Assembly: GCA_965240325.2 (NCBI GenBank)
Contig: OZ251222.1
Location: 2,108,001-2,172,000, forward strand
Direction: 5' to 3'
Origin: Rebecca billardiae RCC1528
Lineage: Eukaryota > Protista > Haptophyta
Length of the DNA stretch: 64,000 nucleotides
Under the pieces are notes generated by a model. That model saw only the letters and a program-made list of their open reading frames with translations. It had not been told where the DNA came from and did not search any database. The number at the start of each line of letters is the position of its first letter. Position 1 is the first letter of the stretch. A program made the translations under genes and the position numbers. Positions 32,624 through 45,384 of this stretch are shown one piece after another.

Positions 32624-35600
32624 TCAGTCGTCGTCCTCGTCGTCATCATCCTCATCCTCGTCGAGCACTGCCGATGCCTCCTCGTCGTCTTCTGCCGAGT
32701 CGCCATCGCCCAGCTCTTCGTCATCGTCGCCATCATCCTCGCCGTATTCGCCATCGGCGTCGTCCGCTGAGCCGGTGTCGATGGCGCGCGCGACCGACAG
32801 ATCATCAATCTCCTCGACGGCCTCGTCGCTCAGGCCGTCCTCCGCGCCGTCGCCACCGCTGCCGCGCCGCTTGCGCTTGGAGCCTGCCTTGGCCTTGGCC
32901 TTCGCCTTTGCCTTGGCCTCAGCCTCGCGCACCACCTGCGAGGGTAGCACCACGCCGGCCGCCGACTTGTGCTTCAGGTTGCCCACCCAGAATGCCGCGG
33001 CGCAGTTGTTCTCCGCGAGCATGCGCTTCACGTTGAAGACGAGGAGCTCGAGCTGCTTCTTGACGTGCGGCTCCTGCGAGAGGGCGCCCGTCGCGCCGAT
33101 GGCCTTGGACTGCGCGCAGTGCGCCTGCAGCGTGCGCGTGGCCTTCTGCAGCTGCTCGAGCACGCCCTTCACGTCCTGCCGCCGCTCGACGTCGGCGAAG
33201 ACGGTCACGAAGAGCGGGAACGCGCACTTGTTGAACGCCTCGAGGAAGCCGCGGCTGCGCGAGTGGGAGAGCGCGCGCGCGCAGGAAGGCCGCGGGCTGT
33301 GCTCAGCACCGGCCGGCGGTTGCGGGCGCATTCGGCGCAGTCCCGATGCGTCACGCGCACCTGAGCTTCAGAATCTGCGCGAGGAATGCCGCGTTGCGAT
33401 CGAGCACCTTGGACGGCGTCAGGAGCCCGTCAAAGTGCCTGACGAGCGCGGCGGCGCGCTCCAGCTGCAGTCCGACAGCGCTGTCGGCCGCGCCGTCCGC
33501 GGGCGCGCGCACGGCCGCTGGCAACGCCTTGACGGCGCGCACGAGGTGCTCCGCGAGCGGGCGGTAGAAGACGTGGATCGTCTTGGTCGAGAGAAGTGGC
33601 TGGAGGTCCACGTAGCCCTCCCCTGCGCACGGGCGGGGTGGCCGGGCGGTCGGCATCGAGCGCGCGGTGCGGAGAGCGCCGTGCGCAGGGTGGGGTGCCT
33701 CGGCGGCGCGGAATCACCACGTGCGGCACACACCATCGCACTTGTCCGTCACGTTCTTGAGGAAGTTGGGCAGGATGTCGCGCACCCACGTGGCCACGAC
33801 TTCGAGCGGCTCGCGCGTGTGCGCCATCGTCACGTTGAAGAGCCGGCTGACCTGCGCGCCCGTCGGCTTAGCTGCGTCCCGCATCCACACGCGAGCAAGG
33901 GCGAGGTTGGCGGTCGCGGCGGCGTCGGCGCGCAGCTTGGCGTGCGCGTCCGAATCGGCTGCGGGCATGTGCGCGATGGTGACGAGCAGGTCGACGAGGT
34001 CGAGCACGGCGGTGGCCGTCGGCAGCGAGTGCACCATCGACTCGAAGTAGGCGAAGGCGCCCTGCGCGAGGCCCTCCATCTCGCCCGCGCGCGCGGCGGC
34101 CGCGGCGCCGCGCGGCGCCGCGCTCGCGCCCGCGCCCGCTGCCGGCGCGCCGCCCTCAGCGGCGCCGAAGACGCGCAGCAGTTGCTCGATGCGCTCGGCC
34201 GCGGCCGAGTTGGGGTGGCGCAGGTGCGCGCAGCCGAAGACGAGGCGGAGCGTGCGCAGCATCAGGCACATGCTCGGCACCGCGTACGAGTCGTGCAGCT
34301 GCCTGGGCACGCTCGCGAGGCTGTGCGCGGGCGCGTTGGCGCCGCCCGGCGCGCCCGGCAGCGTGCACTCGACATGCTCGTCGTCCTCGTCGTCAGCGGG
34401 GCCGCCGCCCGCGTCGATGCGCTGGATGAGCGCCTTGAGGTGGGTCGGGAAGGCGCAGAGGCCGTCGATCACGATCCCGAGGGCCTCCTCCGCGCCCAGC
34501 GTCGCGTCCGCCGACGCGGAGGCCGAGTCAGCCGTGCCTGCCGCGGCCGCGCCGGCCGGGCCAGCCGAGAGGCGCAGCGTGCGCGCGTCCGCGAGGAGCG
34601 GCCGCAGCTGGCGGTACACGTCGGCGAGGAGGGCGTGCAGCGCGGGCGGCGAGAGCTCGAGGGCGCGCACGCCGTCCTCCACGTTGAGCGTCTCGCCCAT
34701 CGTGTTGCAATCGCGCGCGTCCGCGAGCTTGAGCAGCACGGCGGTGTGCAGCGAGAGCGGGTGCGTGAGCGGCGCGAGCGCGCCCACCGTGTGCAGCCGA
34801 GGCGTGTCGTAGATCGAGCCTGTCGGGAGGCACTGCTCGGCGCTGCCCTTCTTGGCGGCCTTCTTGGCGGCGGCGGGCTTGGCCGTGCTCTGCGGCTCCT
34901 CCTCGCCGTCCGCGTCCGGCGCGTGCGCCGCCTTCTTCCTCGCGCGGCCGCCCTTCTTCGCGGCGGCCGCGGGCTGAGTGCCCGCGCCGGCGCCTCCGCC
35001 TCCGCCCGGCGCCGCCTTGCTGCCGCCGCCGCCGCCGCCGCCGCCCTTCGGCTTGGCGCGCTTCTCGGCCGCGTCGCTGGCGTGGCCGTGGCGGTGGAGC
35101 GCGCTGCGCGCGAAGCCGGGCGTGCGCGCCGCCACGCGCTCGAGCGCGAGCTCGAGCGCCGGCAGCGCCTCCGCGCGCTGCACGAGCTTGGCGGCGGTCT
35201 CGGTGTCGGGCTCGGCCGCGCGCGCGAGCTCGTGGCTAAAGATGCCTAGCAGCGTGCGCACCCAGTTGATGGCGTGCAGCAGGCAGGTGCTCATGAGCTC
35301 GCACGCCTCGGGCGAGAGCGCGCGCAGCTCGTCGTCCGAGAGCGCCTGCCGCTCCTCGAAGAGCAGCAGCGGCGCGCCCAGCGTCGCGTCGAGCTCGTCA
35401 AGGTTGCCATCGAGCTGGCGCGCGGTCTCAGCGAGCAGCGCAAAGCGCGAGCAGAGCGCGTGCACCGCGCCCGCGCGCTTGGCCGCGCCGTCGGCGCGCG
35501 CCGGGCCGCTGGTCTCGGCGGGCGCGACGCCCTCGAAGATGTCGATGGCCACCGCCTCGTCCTCCTCCGCCGAGTGCAGCGTGCCGTCCAGGTCCAGCAC

Positions 35601-35851
35601 GAACGCCGACTGCACGCCGTGCTTCGCGCCCAGCCCCTCCGCCTGCGCACTCGGCACGTCCACCAGGTGGCGCTCCTGCAGCTCGAGCAGCGCGCGCTCG
35701 TTCAGCTGGCGCACGATGGAGGCGTGCAGCGCGCGCGCGCGGACGGAGCGCGTGAGCTCGGCGTTCATGAAGGCCGCGCACCGCCAGTCGCGCGCGACGC
35801 TCGCGCCCATCAGCTTGAGCAGCTCCTCAGCCTCGCGCGGCGCGACGTCGT

Positions 35852-35907
<56 letters not shown>

Positions 35908-37704
35908 TGGCTGGCGAGCTGCTCGAGCATCGCGCACGCGCCGGCGATGCCGCGCTTCTTGAAGGCCGGGTCGACGGCGGCGAGCATCTTCTTGACGAGG
36001 ATGGCGAGCTCGTCGGCCCGCCGCCCGCGGCTCCCGCCGAACGCCAGCCGGCCGAACACGCCGAACAGCTGCCGCGTCTGCGCAAGCGTGAGTGTGTCCA
36101 GATGGTCAAGCTGCGTGCCCAGCAGCGCTTCATGCGGACGCAGCTGCTCGAGGTGCGCGCTCGCGAGGTCGCCGAGCACCGAGAGCGCGGCGTCGACCTC
36201 CGCGGCGACGCCGGAGCCGCCGTGGCAGAGCAGCGAGCCGAGGATCTCCTGCCGGTGGAAGCCCAGCCCCTCGCCGCCGCCGCCGCCGCCGCCAGCGCCG
36301 AGCTCCTCGAACGCGGCGAGGTAGATCTCGCACCCGATCTCGCGCGCGTGTGGCGAGCTGCCGCCCGCGCGCACGCAGCTCGAGGCGAAGGCGAGCAGCG
36401 TGCGGTGGAGCGAGCGCAGCGCGGGCCCGTGCCCGCGGATCGCCGCGCCCACCACCCGCTTCCCCAGCGCGCCCTCCGAAGCCTTCTTCACCAGCAGCCG
36501 CTCCGTCTGCTTGCGCGCGGATGCGGTCGAGCTCGCGCCGTGCAGCGCGCTCAGAAGCCACACGTCGAGCGCCGCGAGCTCGTCCGCGCCGTCGAGCTCG
36601 GTGCCGAGCGCGGCGGCGAGCTCGCGGCGGAACTGCAGCGATGCCGTGAGCGCGTCCATCAGCGGCGGCTCGTGCGCGCCGCCCGCGCCGCCCGGCGCCG
36701 ACTCGACGCGCACGTGCGCGCGCAGCTTGCGCACGGCGGTCGCCACCGAGCCGTGAGGCGCGCTCTGCAGCGCAAACCGGACGATGGCCGGCAGGTCGGC
36801 GACGGTCGCGGAGGCGAGCGCGCGGATGAGCATGTCGAGCACGACGGACGCGAGGTCGGCCTGCAGCTCCAGGTTCGAGAGCGTGTGCAGCACTGGGATC
36901 GTCATGCTCGAGTCCTGCGCAGCGCCGACGGAGCGAGCGCGCGCAGCCGTGGGCGCGCGCGGGCGGCGCCGCGCGAGCGCGCGAGCGTGAGCGCGCAGCG
37001 TGCGGGCGCGGCGGAGCGGCGCGGGTGCTCCGGCGCGCTGCGCACACCTGCTCCATCAGCGTCTTGAAGGTGCCCACGATCTCCTCGTGCTGCGCCTCCT
37101 CCGCGAGCTCGGGCACCAGATCGACGATCTCGCGCTGCATCTCGGCCGGGCACACCTCGAGCACCTGCAGCAGCTTCTCGATGAGCGCGCCGGGCTCGGC
37201 GACGACCTCGAGCCAGCGCAGGTGGGAGAGGATGAGACGCGGCGTGCTCTCCGCGAGCGAGGCGTCCGCGTCCACGCCCACGTCCTCGGCGACGGCGGCG
37301 GCGCGCTCGACCAGCTTGTCTGCGAGCATGGGCTGTAGCGCCTCCGAGCGAAGCAGCGTCTTGACGACCGAGTCCGCGGCGCCGCCGCCGTCCGCGGCGC
37401 GGGCGGGGAGCAGGCAGAGGCGCAGCCACTTATCCGACTTGTCCCAGAGCTCGCTCAGGCCGTCGATGAGCGCCGCGCGCGCCTCGTCGTCTGCAAACAC
37501 GCGCTGCGCGGCGTTCCTCACGTCGAGTGCGCCGGCCACCTCGAAACGAGGGCCGCCGCTACCGTCGGCCGCAGCGTGCGTGGAGATGCCCACACTCGCG
37601 AGTGCCTCGATCAGCGCCTCGTGCTCGCTCCCGAACGCTGGCGCGCCGCGCGCGCGCTTGGCTGCGCGCTGCCCGGCGGCGTTCTCCTTGCCGCGCGAGG
37701 CCAT
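32624..37704 (-). CDS. FANCD2: Fanconi anemia group D2 protein homolog, 4 exons
   Basis: LILSHLRWL, MQREIVDLVPE, IPVLHTLSNL, DLPAIVRFAL, RQEILGSLLCH, LAILVKKML..KKRGIAGA, LQKATRTLQAHC, KKQLELLVFNVK, FWVGNLKHK and an acidic tail. Inferred introns are 36915-37047, 33623-33733 and 33255-33360. Confidence 0.93.
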
Positions 37705-37897
37705 CTTCAAGTGGGAGTGTTACCGCCCTCCGCCGCCCTTGCTCCGCCGCCTGTCCAACGAGCGGTCCAGCTGGCCAGAGCGCGACCGCCGCGGCCCGCT
37801 GAAGTCCGGGAGCCCAGCTTTTGCAGCCGGGCGCGCTGGGACCGGACAATATTGCTACGCGGACGCCGACTGCGAACGTGACCGGAGCGGGGCCGCC

Positions 37898-39370
37898 ATG
37901 GCTGACGTGGAGCAGCCCGGCGGCGGCGCCGATGCGATGGACTTTGTGCTGTACCTGTTCGTCCTTGGGCCCATGGTCGAGTTCTGCCTGAAGTCGAAGC
38001 GCGTCAACAAGGACAACGACAGGCGGCGCGGCATCGCGCTTGCGATCCTCGTCCTCGCGACCGTGGCTGCAATCAAGGTGAGCATTGACCTGTCGACACG
38101 CGAGCCGAACTACTTTGAGCTGCTCGAGGTGCACTCCGCCGCCACTGGGGCCGAGATCAAGCGCGCCTACAAGACCAAGTCGCTCGAGATGCACCCGGAC
38201 AAGAACCCGGAGGATCCGAACGCGCAGGATAGGTTCACACAGATGCGCGCCGGTGCGTGCCCGCTCGGAGCGCGGCGAGCAGCGGCGCTCCTGTGGGCCG
38301 AGCCGCCGTCCGTCTGCGGAGTACACGCCGCCCTCACGCCCGCCGCGCCGCGCCACCGTGCCCGCCGCCACCGCCACCGCCGGCGCGCCGCGCGCGCGCA
38401 GCGTACGAGGTGCTCAACGATGCGCGGCTGCGCGACATCTACAACAAATTCGGCGAGTGGGGCATCAACGAGGACAAGACGAACGCGTCGGGTGGGCTGT
38501 ACGTGGGGATGGCCGTCTTCTACGTGATCTGGGTCGTCATCTCGTTCCTGCTCACGATGGGCAAGCCCAACACGCAGGCGCGCGTGTGGGTCTTCACTGG
38601 GCTCGTCGCGCTCGCGAGTGCGCGCTCGCGACGCGGCTTGACGCGCCGCGGCGCGAGCCGCGGCAGAGGGGTCTCGAGCTCGGCGGCTCGCGGGGCATGC
38701 ACGCGCACGCCCGCGTGCCTGACCCAGCCCCGCCGCCGCCGCCCGCCCGCCCCGCGCCCGCGCGCGCGCAGTCCTCGAGTACCAGGTCCGGCTCGCGGGC
38801 GCCGACTGGCTCTCCGCCATCATGCCGCGCTGGACTGTGAGCGAGAAGATCGAGGTGCTGCACAAGCTGTTCCCGCCCTTCATGCACGGGGCGAAGATGA
38901 TCGGGCAGGTGATCTACGTCGACCCCGAGGCGTACAACAAGGCGCTGATCGAGTCGCTGCACGAGAAGGTGAACGCACTCGCGGGCATGCTGCGCGCTGT
39001 GCAGGTCGAGCTCGACTCGACCAAGGGCGGGCGGGGCGGTGGGAGCGGGGGCGGCGGCGGCGGCGGCGGGAGCAGCGGGGGCAGCGGGGGCGGCGCGGCG
39101 AAGCGCCAGGCGGCGGACGCAGTGACAGACGCGGCTGCAGCGGGATCGGAGGTCTTCGCTGCGGCGGGGGGCTCGCAGGGCGCGGCGGCCGCGCGCCCGC
39201 TGCACCCAGCAGTCACGGGCGGACAACCTGGCGCGGCAGCGGCTGCGGGCGGTGCCGCCCAGCCGGGCGCGGGCGCAGCAAAGACGACGTCCCCGCAGAA
39301 GCTGACAAATGTCATCTACTTCTTCGCGATCTACTTTGCGTTCCAGTGGATCGCGGGGAGGAGCGACTGA
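37898..39370 (+). CDS. Membrane-anchored DnaJ-domain protein, 3 exons
   Basis: J domain (NYFELLEV..EIKRAYKTKSLEMHPDKNP..AYEVLND..LRDIYNKFG) flanked by TM helices. Introns 38253-38401 and 38618-38771 restore the frame. Confidence 0.88.
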
Positions 39371-39968
39371 GCGAGCGCGCACTACCGCGGCTCCGCCACA
39401 CGAGTTCTCGGGGCCGTGTGCGCCGCAGTCAACGGCGGACGCGCGCGCTATAAGTCCAACTAATCTGAGTGACGACCGTTCTGAATTACTTCTGTGGCGT
39501 ATACGCGCAGCGTCAGCGCGCCGCTCTGCAGCCTGCCAATGTGCGGCGCGCCTGAGCGCCATATCATATATGGCATTTCAGAGGCGGCTTCTCCTTCACT
39601 CTTCAGTCCTTCTGAGTCAGGGCTTCTGAGAGTTCATCAGGCAGCTGAGCCTGAGGTGAGCCGACGCCTTTAATAAAGGTGCCTGCAGTCCGACGCGCTC
39701 CTGAACGTCGACGCTGAAGGCTATGGATACATTAATTAGGGCGGGTAGCGGTGGCACGGGCGGGGCCAATCGCGACCGTCCTCGAGCGACGAACATGAAT
39801 AATGCGTAGAATTGTGGAGATATATCGAGAGGAAGCTCTTCCATGACCATAGGTAAGACGCTGCCACTCGTTGAGCGGGTTCCATCGCGGCGGCAGCGCG
39901 AACACCGTCTCCCCGAACCCTTGTCACCCCGACCGCCGGCTCGCTCTCGACGCCGCAAGCTGGGGCCG

Positions 39969-42497
39969 ATGACCATGGCCGCACGTGTGGCGCTCCTCGC
40001 CTTCGCCCTGCCGTCCGCCGCGGCCTGGTCCACCACCAACCCCGCACGCCTCGGCGCGTCGGCTCCCCGCGTCGCACCCTCCCGCGCGCGCGTGCTGTGC
40101 TCGGCATACCCGGAAGTGCCCGACTTCTGCATCCCCGGGTATGAGGTCAGCGTGCCCACGTGGAACGCGCCGTCGCGCGAGGAGATGATGGGCAGGCTCG
40201 AGAGCGAGGAGTTCGATCTGCTTGTGATCGGCGGCGGGGCCTCGGGCGCCGGCGTGGCGATGGACGCCGCGACGCGCGGGCTGAAGGTCGCTCTGGTCGA
40301 GCGCGGCGACTTTGGCTCCGCGACGTCGTCGCGCTCGACGAAGCTGATCCACGGCGGGCTGCGCTACCTGGCGCAAGCGTTCCAGTCGAAGCTCCCCCCG
40401 AGCACGCTGCTCGAGGTCTTCCAGAACCTCCACTTCAAGCCCGAGTACCTCGGCGTCGTCGCGGCCGACCTCTCGGAGCGCGCGTACATGATCAAGTCTG
40501 CACCCTTCATGGCGACGGCGCTGCCGATGATGGTGCCCCTGTGCGCGCGCGCGCGCGCGCGCGGTGGGGGCGGCAAGGCTGACGCGGGCCAAGGCCGAGC
40601 GCGGGCCGGTGTCGCGCGGGCCCTCGCGCCCGCGCTCACGAGCCCGCCCCCGCTTGCCGCCCTCCGCCCTCGCGCCCGCGCCGCTCGCCCGCGCGCGCGC
40701 GCCGCGCGCACCCTGCGCGCGCGCACCCACCCACCGGCCTGCCCGCAGCTACCGCTGGTGGGAGATCCCGATGTTCTTTGTGGTGGGCAAGCTGTACGAC
40801 CTGATCGCCGGCCGCAACCGCGCCGTGCCCCCCTCGCGCGTGCTCTCGCGCGAGGAGGCGCTCTTCGAGTTCCCTGGTCTCGCGCTCGAGAACGAGGATT
40901 CGGAGCCTCTGATTGGCTCGCTCGTCATCTACGACGGCCAGCAGAACGACGCGCGGATGGGGCTGCACATCATCCTGACGGCGATCGAGGCGGGCGCGAG
41001 CTGCGTGAACTACGCGGAGGTGCAGGACCTGCTGCACGAGGGCGGCGCGGCGGGCGAGCCCGGCGCGCGCCTCGTTGGCGCGCGTATCCGCGACCGCCCG
41101 AGCGGCCGCTGCGTCGACGTGCGCGCCAAGCAGGTGGTGAACGCGTGCGGCGTCTACTCCGACGCGGTGCGGCTGATGGCGCAGCCGGGCGCGGCGCCGA
41201 TCATGGTGCCCGCGTACGGCACGCACGTCGTGCTGCCCGAGCTCTCGCAGGCCGTGCGCATGGGGCTCGTCTGGTTCACCAAGGACGGGCGGGTGCTCTA
41301 CCTGCTGCCGTGGCTCGGTCAGACGCTCGCCGGCACGACCGACCTGCCTGGCCCGATCTCGTTCGAGCCGGAGCCGACGCAGGGCGAGGTGGACTTCATC
41401 CTCACCGAGTGCAACCGGGTGCTGATGGAGCCGCTCGACCCCGCGCGCGACGTGCGCGCCGCGTGGGCCGGCATCCGCCCGCTCGTGCGCGACCCGAGCG
41501 CCGACCCCGCGGACACGAAGAAGCTATCTCGCGACCACGTGATCGATGTGGCCGGCGCAGGCCTCGTCACGCTCGCCGGCGGCAAGTGGACGACGTACCG
41601 CAAGATGGCGGAGGACGCGGTGGACGCGTGCGTGCAGCGCAACCCGGCGCTGGCGCACGCGGGCGCGTGCGTCACGCCCGACGTGCAGCTCGTCGGCACG
41701 GACCGGATGGGCGAGGTCTGCGGCGGCAGCTACGACCGGATCGTCTCGACGCTGCGCGACACCTACGAGTTTGACCGAGAGACCGCGCGGCACCTGCGCA
41801 TCAACTACGGCACGCGCGCGCTGCAGATCGCGGAGCTGGTCCGCGAGGAGCAGGGCCGCTTCTGCGCGCAGGCGCCCGACGGCCACCGCGAGTTCGCGCG
41901 GCTCGCGCCCAGCCTGCCGCAGCTGGAGGCGGAGGTGGCGTTTGCATGCAGGTGCGAGCGCGCGCGCCGCGCGCGCACAGCCAGCCGCCTTCGCCCGCGC
42001 GCGGGCGTCGGCCGCGCGGCGAGCGGGTGGTGGTTTTTTCTCATCCGCGGCCTCGTCCTGCCCTCGCGCCCTCGCGCGCGCGCGCGCAGATATGAGTTCG
42101 CCCTCACTGCGATCGACGTGCTCGCGCACCGCACGCGCATCGCCTTCCTGGACTCGAGCGCGGCGCTGAAGGCGCTCCCGCGCGTGCTCGCCATCATGCA
42201 GCGGGAGCTGGGGTGGGATGACGCGCGCGTGCGCGATGAGGCGGTGAAGGTGCGGCCGCGCGCGCCAGGCGGGCCGCGCCCCGCCGCCACACCCGCGCAT
42301 GCCCAACGCTCATCCATTCGCCGCTCGCCGTCTCCGCTGTCCCTCGCCCTTCGGTCGCGGCGCCGCTCGGCGGCGCTCAGACGCGCATGTTTCTGGCAAA
42401 GATGGCCCTCCCCAAGCGCAGAGACGGCATGGCCGATCAGGATGACATCGATGAGGCGACGAGCATGGTCTCAGTAGAGGCCACCTACTACTACTGA
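39969..42497 (+). CDS. GPD2: FAD-dependent glycerol-3-phosphate dehydrogenase (GlpD/GPD2 family), 4 exons
   Basis: DLLVIGGGASGAG, TSSRSTKLIHGGLRYL, YDGQQNDAR, AWAGIRPLV, LSRDH, GGKWTTYRKMAED and RTRIAFLD. Introns 40541-40748, 41952-42089 and 42250-42380; the last exon is TRMFLAKM..YYY*. Confidence 0.93.
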
Positions 42498-42959
42498 CTA
42501 GGCGGTGAGGACGAGCACGCGGTCTAAGTCCGACCGCAGTGACCGCTGAGCGGTCCGACCCCGGTCACTCGTACCGACGGATGCCGCGGGCCCCGCCATC
42601 ACTATGACTAGTGCCTAGTGGCAGCAGACCGAGACACAGAGTGAGAGTGCGCTGCGCGCACAGCGCCGCCACGGCACAGACGCGGTCACGCAGGTTTAAC
42701 TACTATATCTGACGGACGACGCAGTCCGGTCCGCGTGCGGCCCGCGCCGGTCCGGGGTCCTGGCCCCGGGCGACTGACCCGGCGTCATTCCGGTCCGTAC
42801 TGACTCGCGGCTGAAGAATGACTGTCTAGTACTTCTATAGCTAGCTGGCTGAGTGCCACTCACTACTCATTGACTCATTCCGTATGATTTATTAAACGAC
42901 ACTCACACAGGTACTAGGTAGGACGACGCGGGTCTCCTTATTCGTCGGCGGCAGTTCAT

Positions 42960-43509
<550 letters not shown>

Positions 43510-43512
<3 letters not shown>

Positions 43513-44330
43513 GTTTAAACGACGTGGAATATATACTACTGCGCAATATAATAACGGGCAGGCCGGTCAGAGTTAGCAAGCTGTAGCCGCAGCAGATCGA
43601 GTAGCAGAGACAAACACCAGGATCAGCGCTCCTCGCCGTCGTCCCCCCCCCTCGTAGTCGCCCATCACTCCATCGCCGAGCGGAAGCTCGACGCACCGTC
43701 TGGCGTCGACGCGCGCGCGCCGCCAGGTGCCGCGGTGGTCGCGGTGCCACACGTCGTCAGCCGTCGTCTCGAAGTAGTCGTCGTACGCAGCGCCCCCGCG
43801 GGCGCGTGCCCCCGGGCGCACGTGCGCCATGCGCGCGCGGGCGATGAGCATCTTGGCCTGGCCACGCAGGCAGCGCATGCCCAGCTCGCGCCGCATGTGC
43901 CGAGCAGCGCGCGCTCGGCGGCGGGGCGCGAGGGCGCGCTGAGGCGCGCGCGCCATGTGTCCCGCCCCATCTTGGCGATCTTCTTGAGGGTGAGGTCCAC
44001 CTCCGCGCTCCACTCGCCGAACGCCCCCACGACAATCAGGACGATCGCAGGGAAGGTGTCGAGCCGCGCCTCGTACGGGCCCACCTGGCCCTCAAGCGTG
44101 CCGTAGACCTCGCAGTCGAGGAGCTGCAGCTGCTTGCGCCGCTCGCGCGGGACGAGTTCCGCGCGGTGGCGCACCGCACCGTTGCGGCCGTCGCTCACCC
44201 TGTAGCGCGACGGGTTCAGCGAGATGGTCTTGACCTCGAACATGGTACAGTTGCCGTTCACCTCGGTAACCAGGTCCACCACCGGCACGCGCTTGCGGTC
44301 CGAGTGCCGAGGCGCCGCAGCCGCTCCGAG
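43510..44330 (-). mobile_element. 5'-truncated, frameshifted non-LTR retrotransposon fragment with restriction-like endonuclease domain (CRE/R2/NeSL type)
   Basis: KRVP(VV)DL...FEVKT...VVGAFGEWS matches the PD-(D/E)xK RLE C-terminal domain. Frameshift near 43895. The 3' end runs into a (TC)n tract. Confidence 0.7.
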
Positions 44331-44631
44331 TCAGCAGCCTGCGCCTGGGCGGCGGACTGAACGATATATGAGTCTGATGATGGCGCACGACCATGATATC
44401 GATCGTCAGCCGAGCTTGAATATATATAATCATCGTGCCTGAGCAGGCACTTTCGAAACCGAGTTGTCGCGCGCACTCGAAGTCGAAGCCCGAACGCCTG
44501 TCAACACACTCAACACTCAACACTCACTCAACAGGCCTGCGCTACGAGAGCCACACTCGCCCGTGATGCAGCCTGCTCGTGAGGAGGCGTGGGCCAGGTG
44601 CGACCTGCTCGTGAGGAGGAGTGGGCCAGCC

Positions 44632-45234
44632 TCATAGCTCAGCGTCATCACGCTCCACATAGGCCTTGATTTCCGGGGTGCGCATGATGAGGTTGCGCCA
44701 GCCCAATCCGCCCTCCTCCAGGCGCTCGCTCGCACCAATGCGTGGTCCTGTGAACGCTGCAAACGAGCGCTTGTGCGATTCCAGGCACTGCCACTGCAAA
44801 CGCGCGCATCCAGTGTCGCGAGCTCGACGCACTATGGTGGAGAACAGACGCTTGCCCACACCCAAGCTACGGGCACGCTCCGTGACGTACAGGTCCTCAA
44901 AGTAGAGACCCTTGCCATCCCATGTCGAGTAGGTCTTGTAGCACAGCGCATAGCCAACAGGCTGCTGGTCGATGGTCGCGAGGGCGCACCAAATGTGGTC
45001 GCTCTCCAGGTCCGTCGCGAGCTCATCTGCGCTCAAGCGCACCTGCTCCTCCATCCCAAAGTGCCGCGCCATCTCACGCACGAAAGAGTGCACGATGGCT
45101 GCATCTGCCGCCGTCGCAGATCGAATCTCATAGGGAGCAGCCTGATCCTCGACCGCCGTGGCGACCAGCCTGCATGCAGCTCGAGGATGCGCTTGGAGAG
45201 GGCGCCTTAGCATCATAGGGCGCCTTAGCATCAT
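44632..45234 (-). CDS. GNAT N-acetyltransferase (SSAT/diamine acetyltransferase-like)
   Basis: IRSATAAD, VGYALCYKTYSTWDGKGLYFEDLYVTERARSLGVGKRL and GCARLQWQCL, with an Arg-rich mitochondrial-type leader. Confidence 0.9.
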   Translation of the reverse strand: MMLRRPMMLRRPLQAHPRAACRLVATAVEDQAAPYEIRSATAADAAIVHSFVREMARHFGMEEQVRLSADELATDLESDHIWCALATIDQQPVGYALCYKTYSTWDGKGLYFEDLYVTERARSLGVGKRLFSTIVRRARDTGCARLQWQCLESHKRSFAAFTGPRIGASERLEEGGLGWRNLIMRTPEIKAYVERDDAEL

Positions 45235-45384
45235 CGTGTGAGTGCCCCGGGCCAGCAAGCTCAACACCTGAACAGCGGGTGACCGGGTTCGCGGCGTGGG
45301 TTATTCGCTTCGTCATCCCGTCATTTATTAATCATGCTCCGGCGCCGGACTCCGCTGGAGTCGTTGTGTCGCTCTGGATCACTC

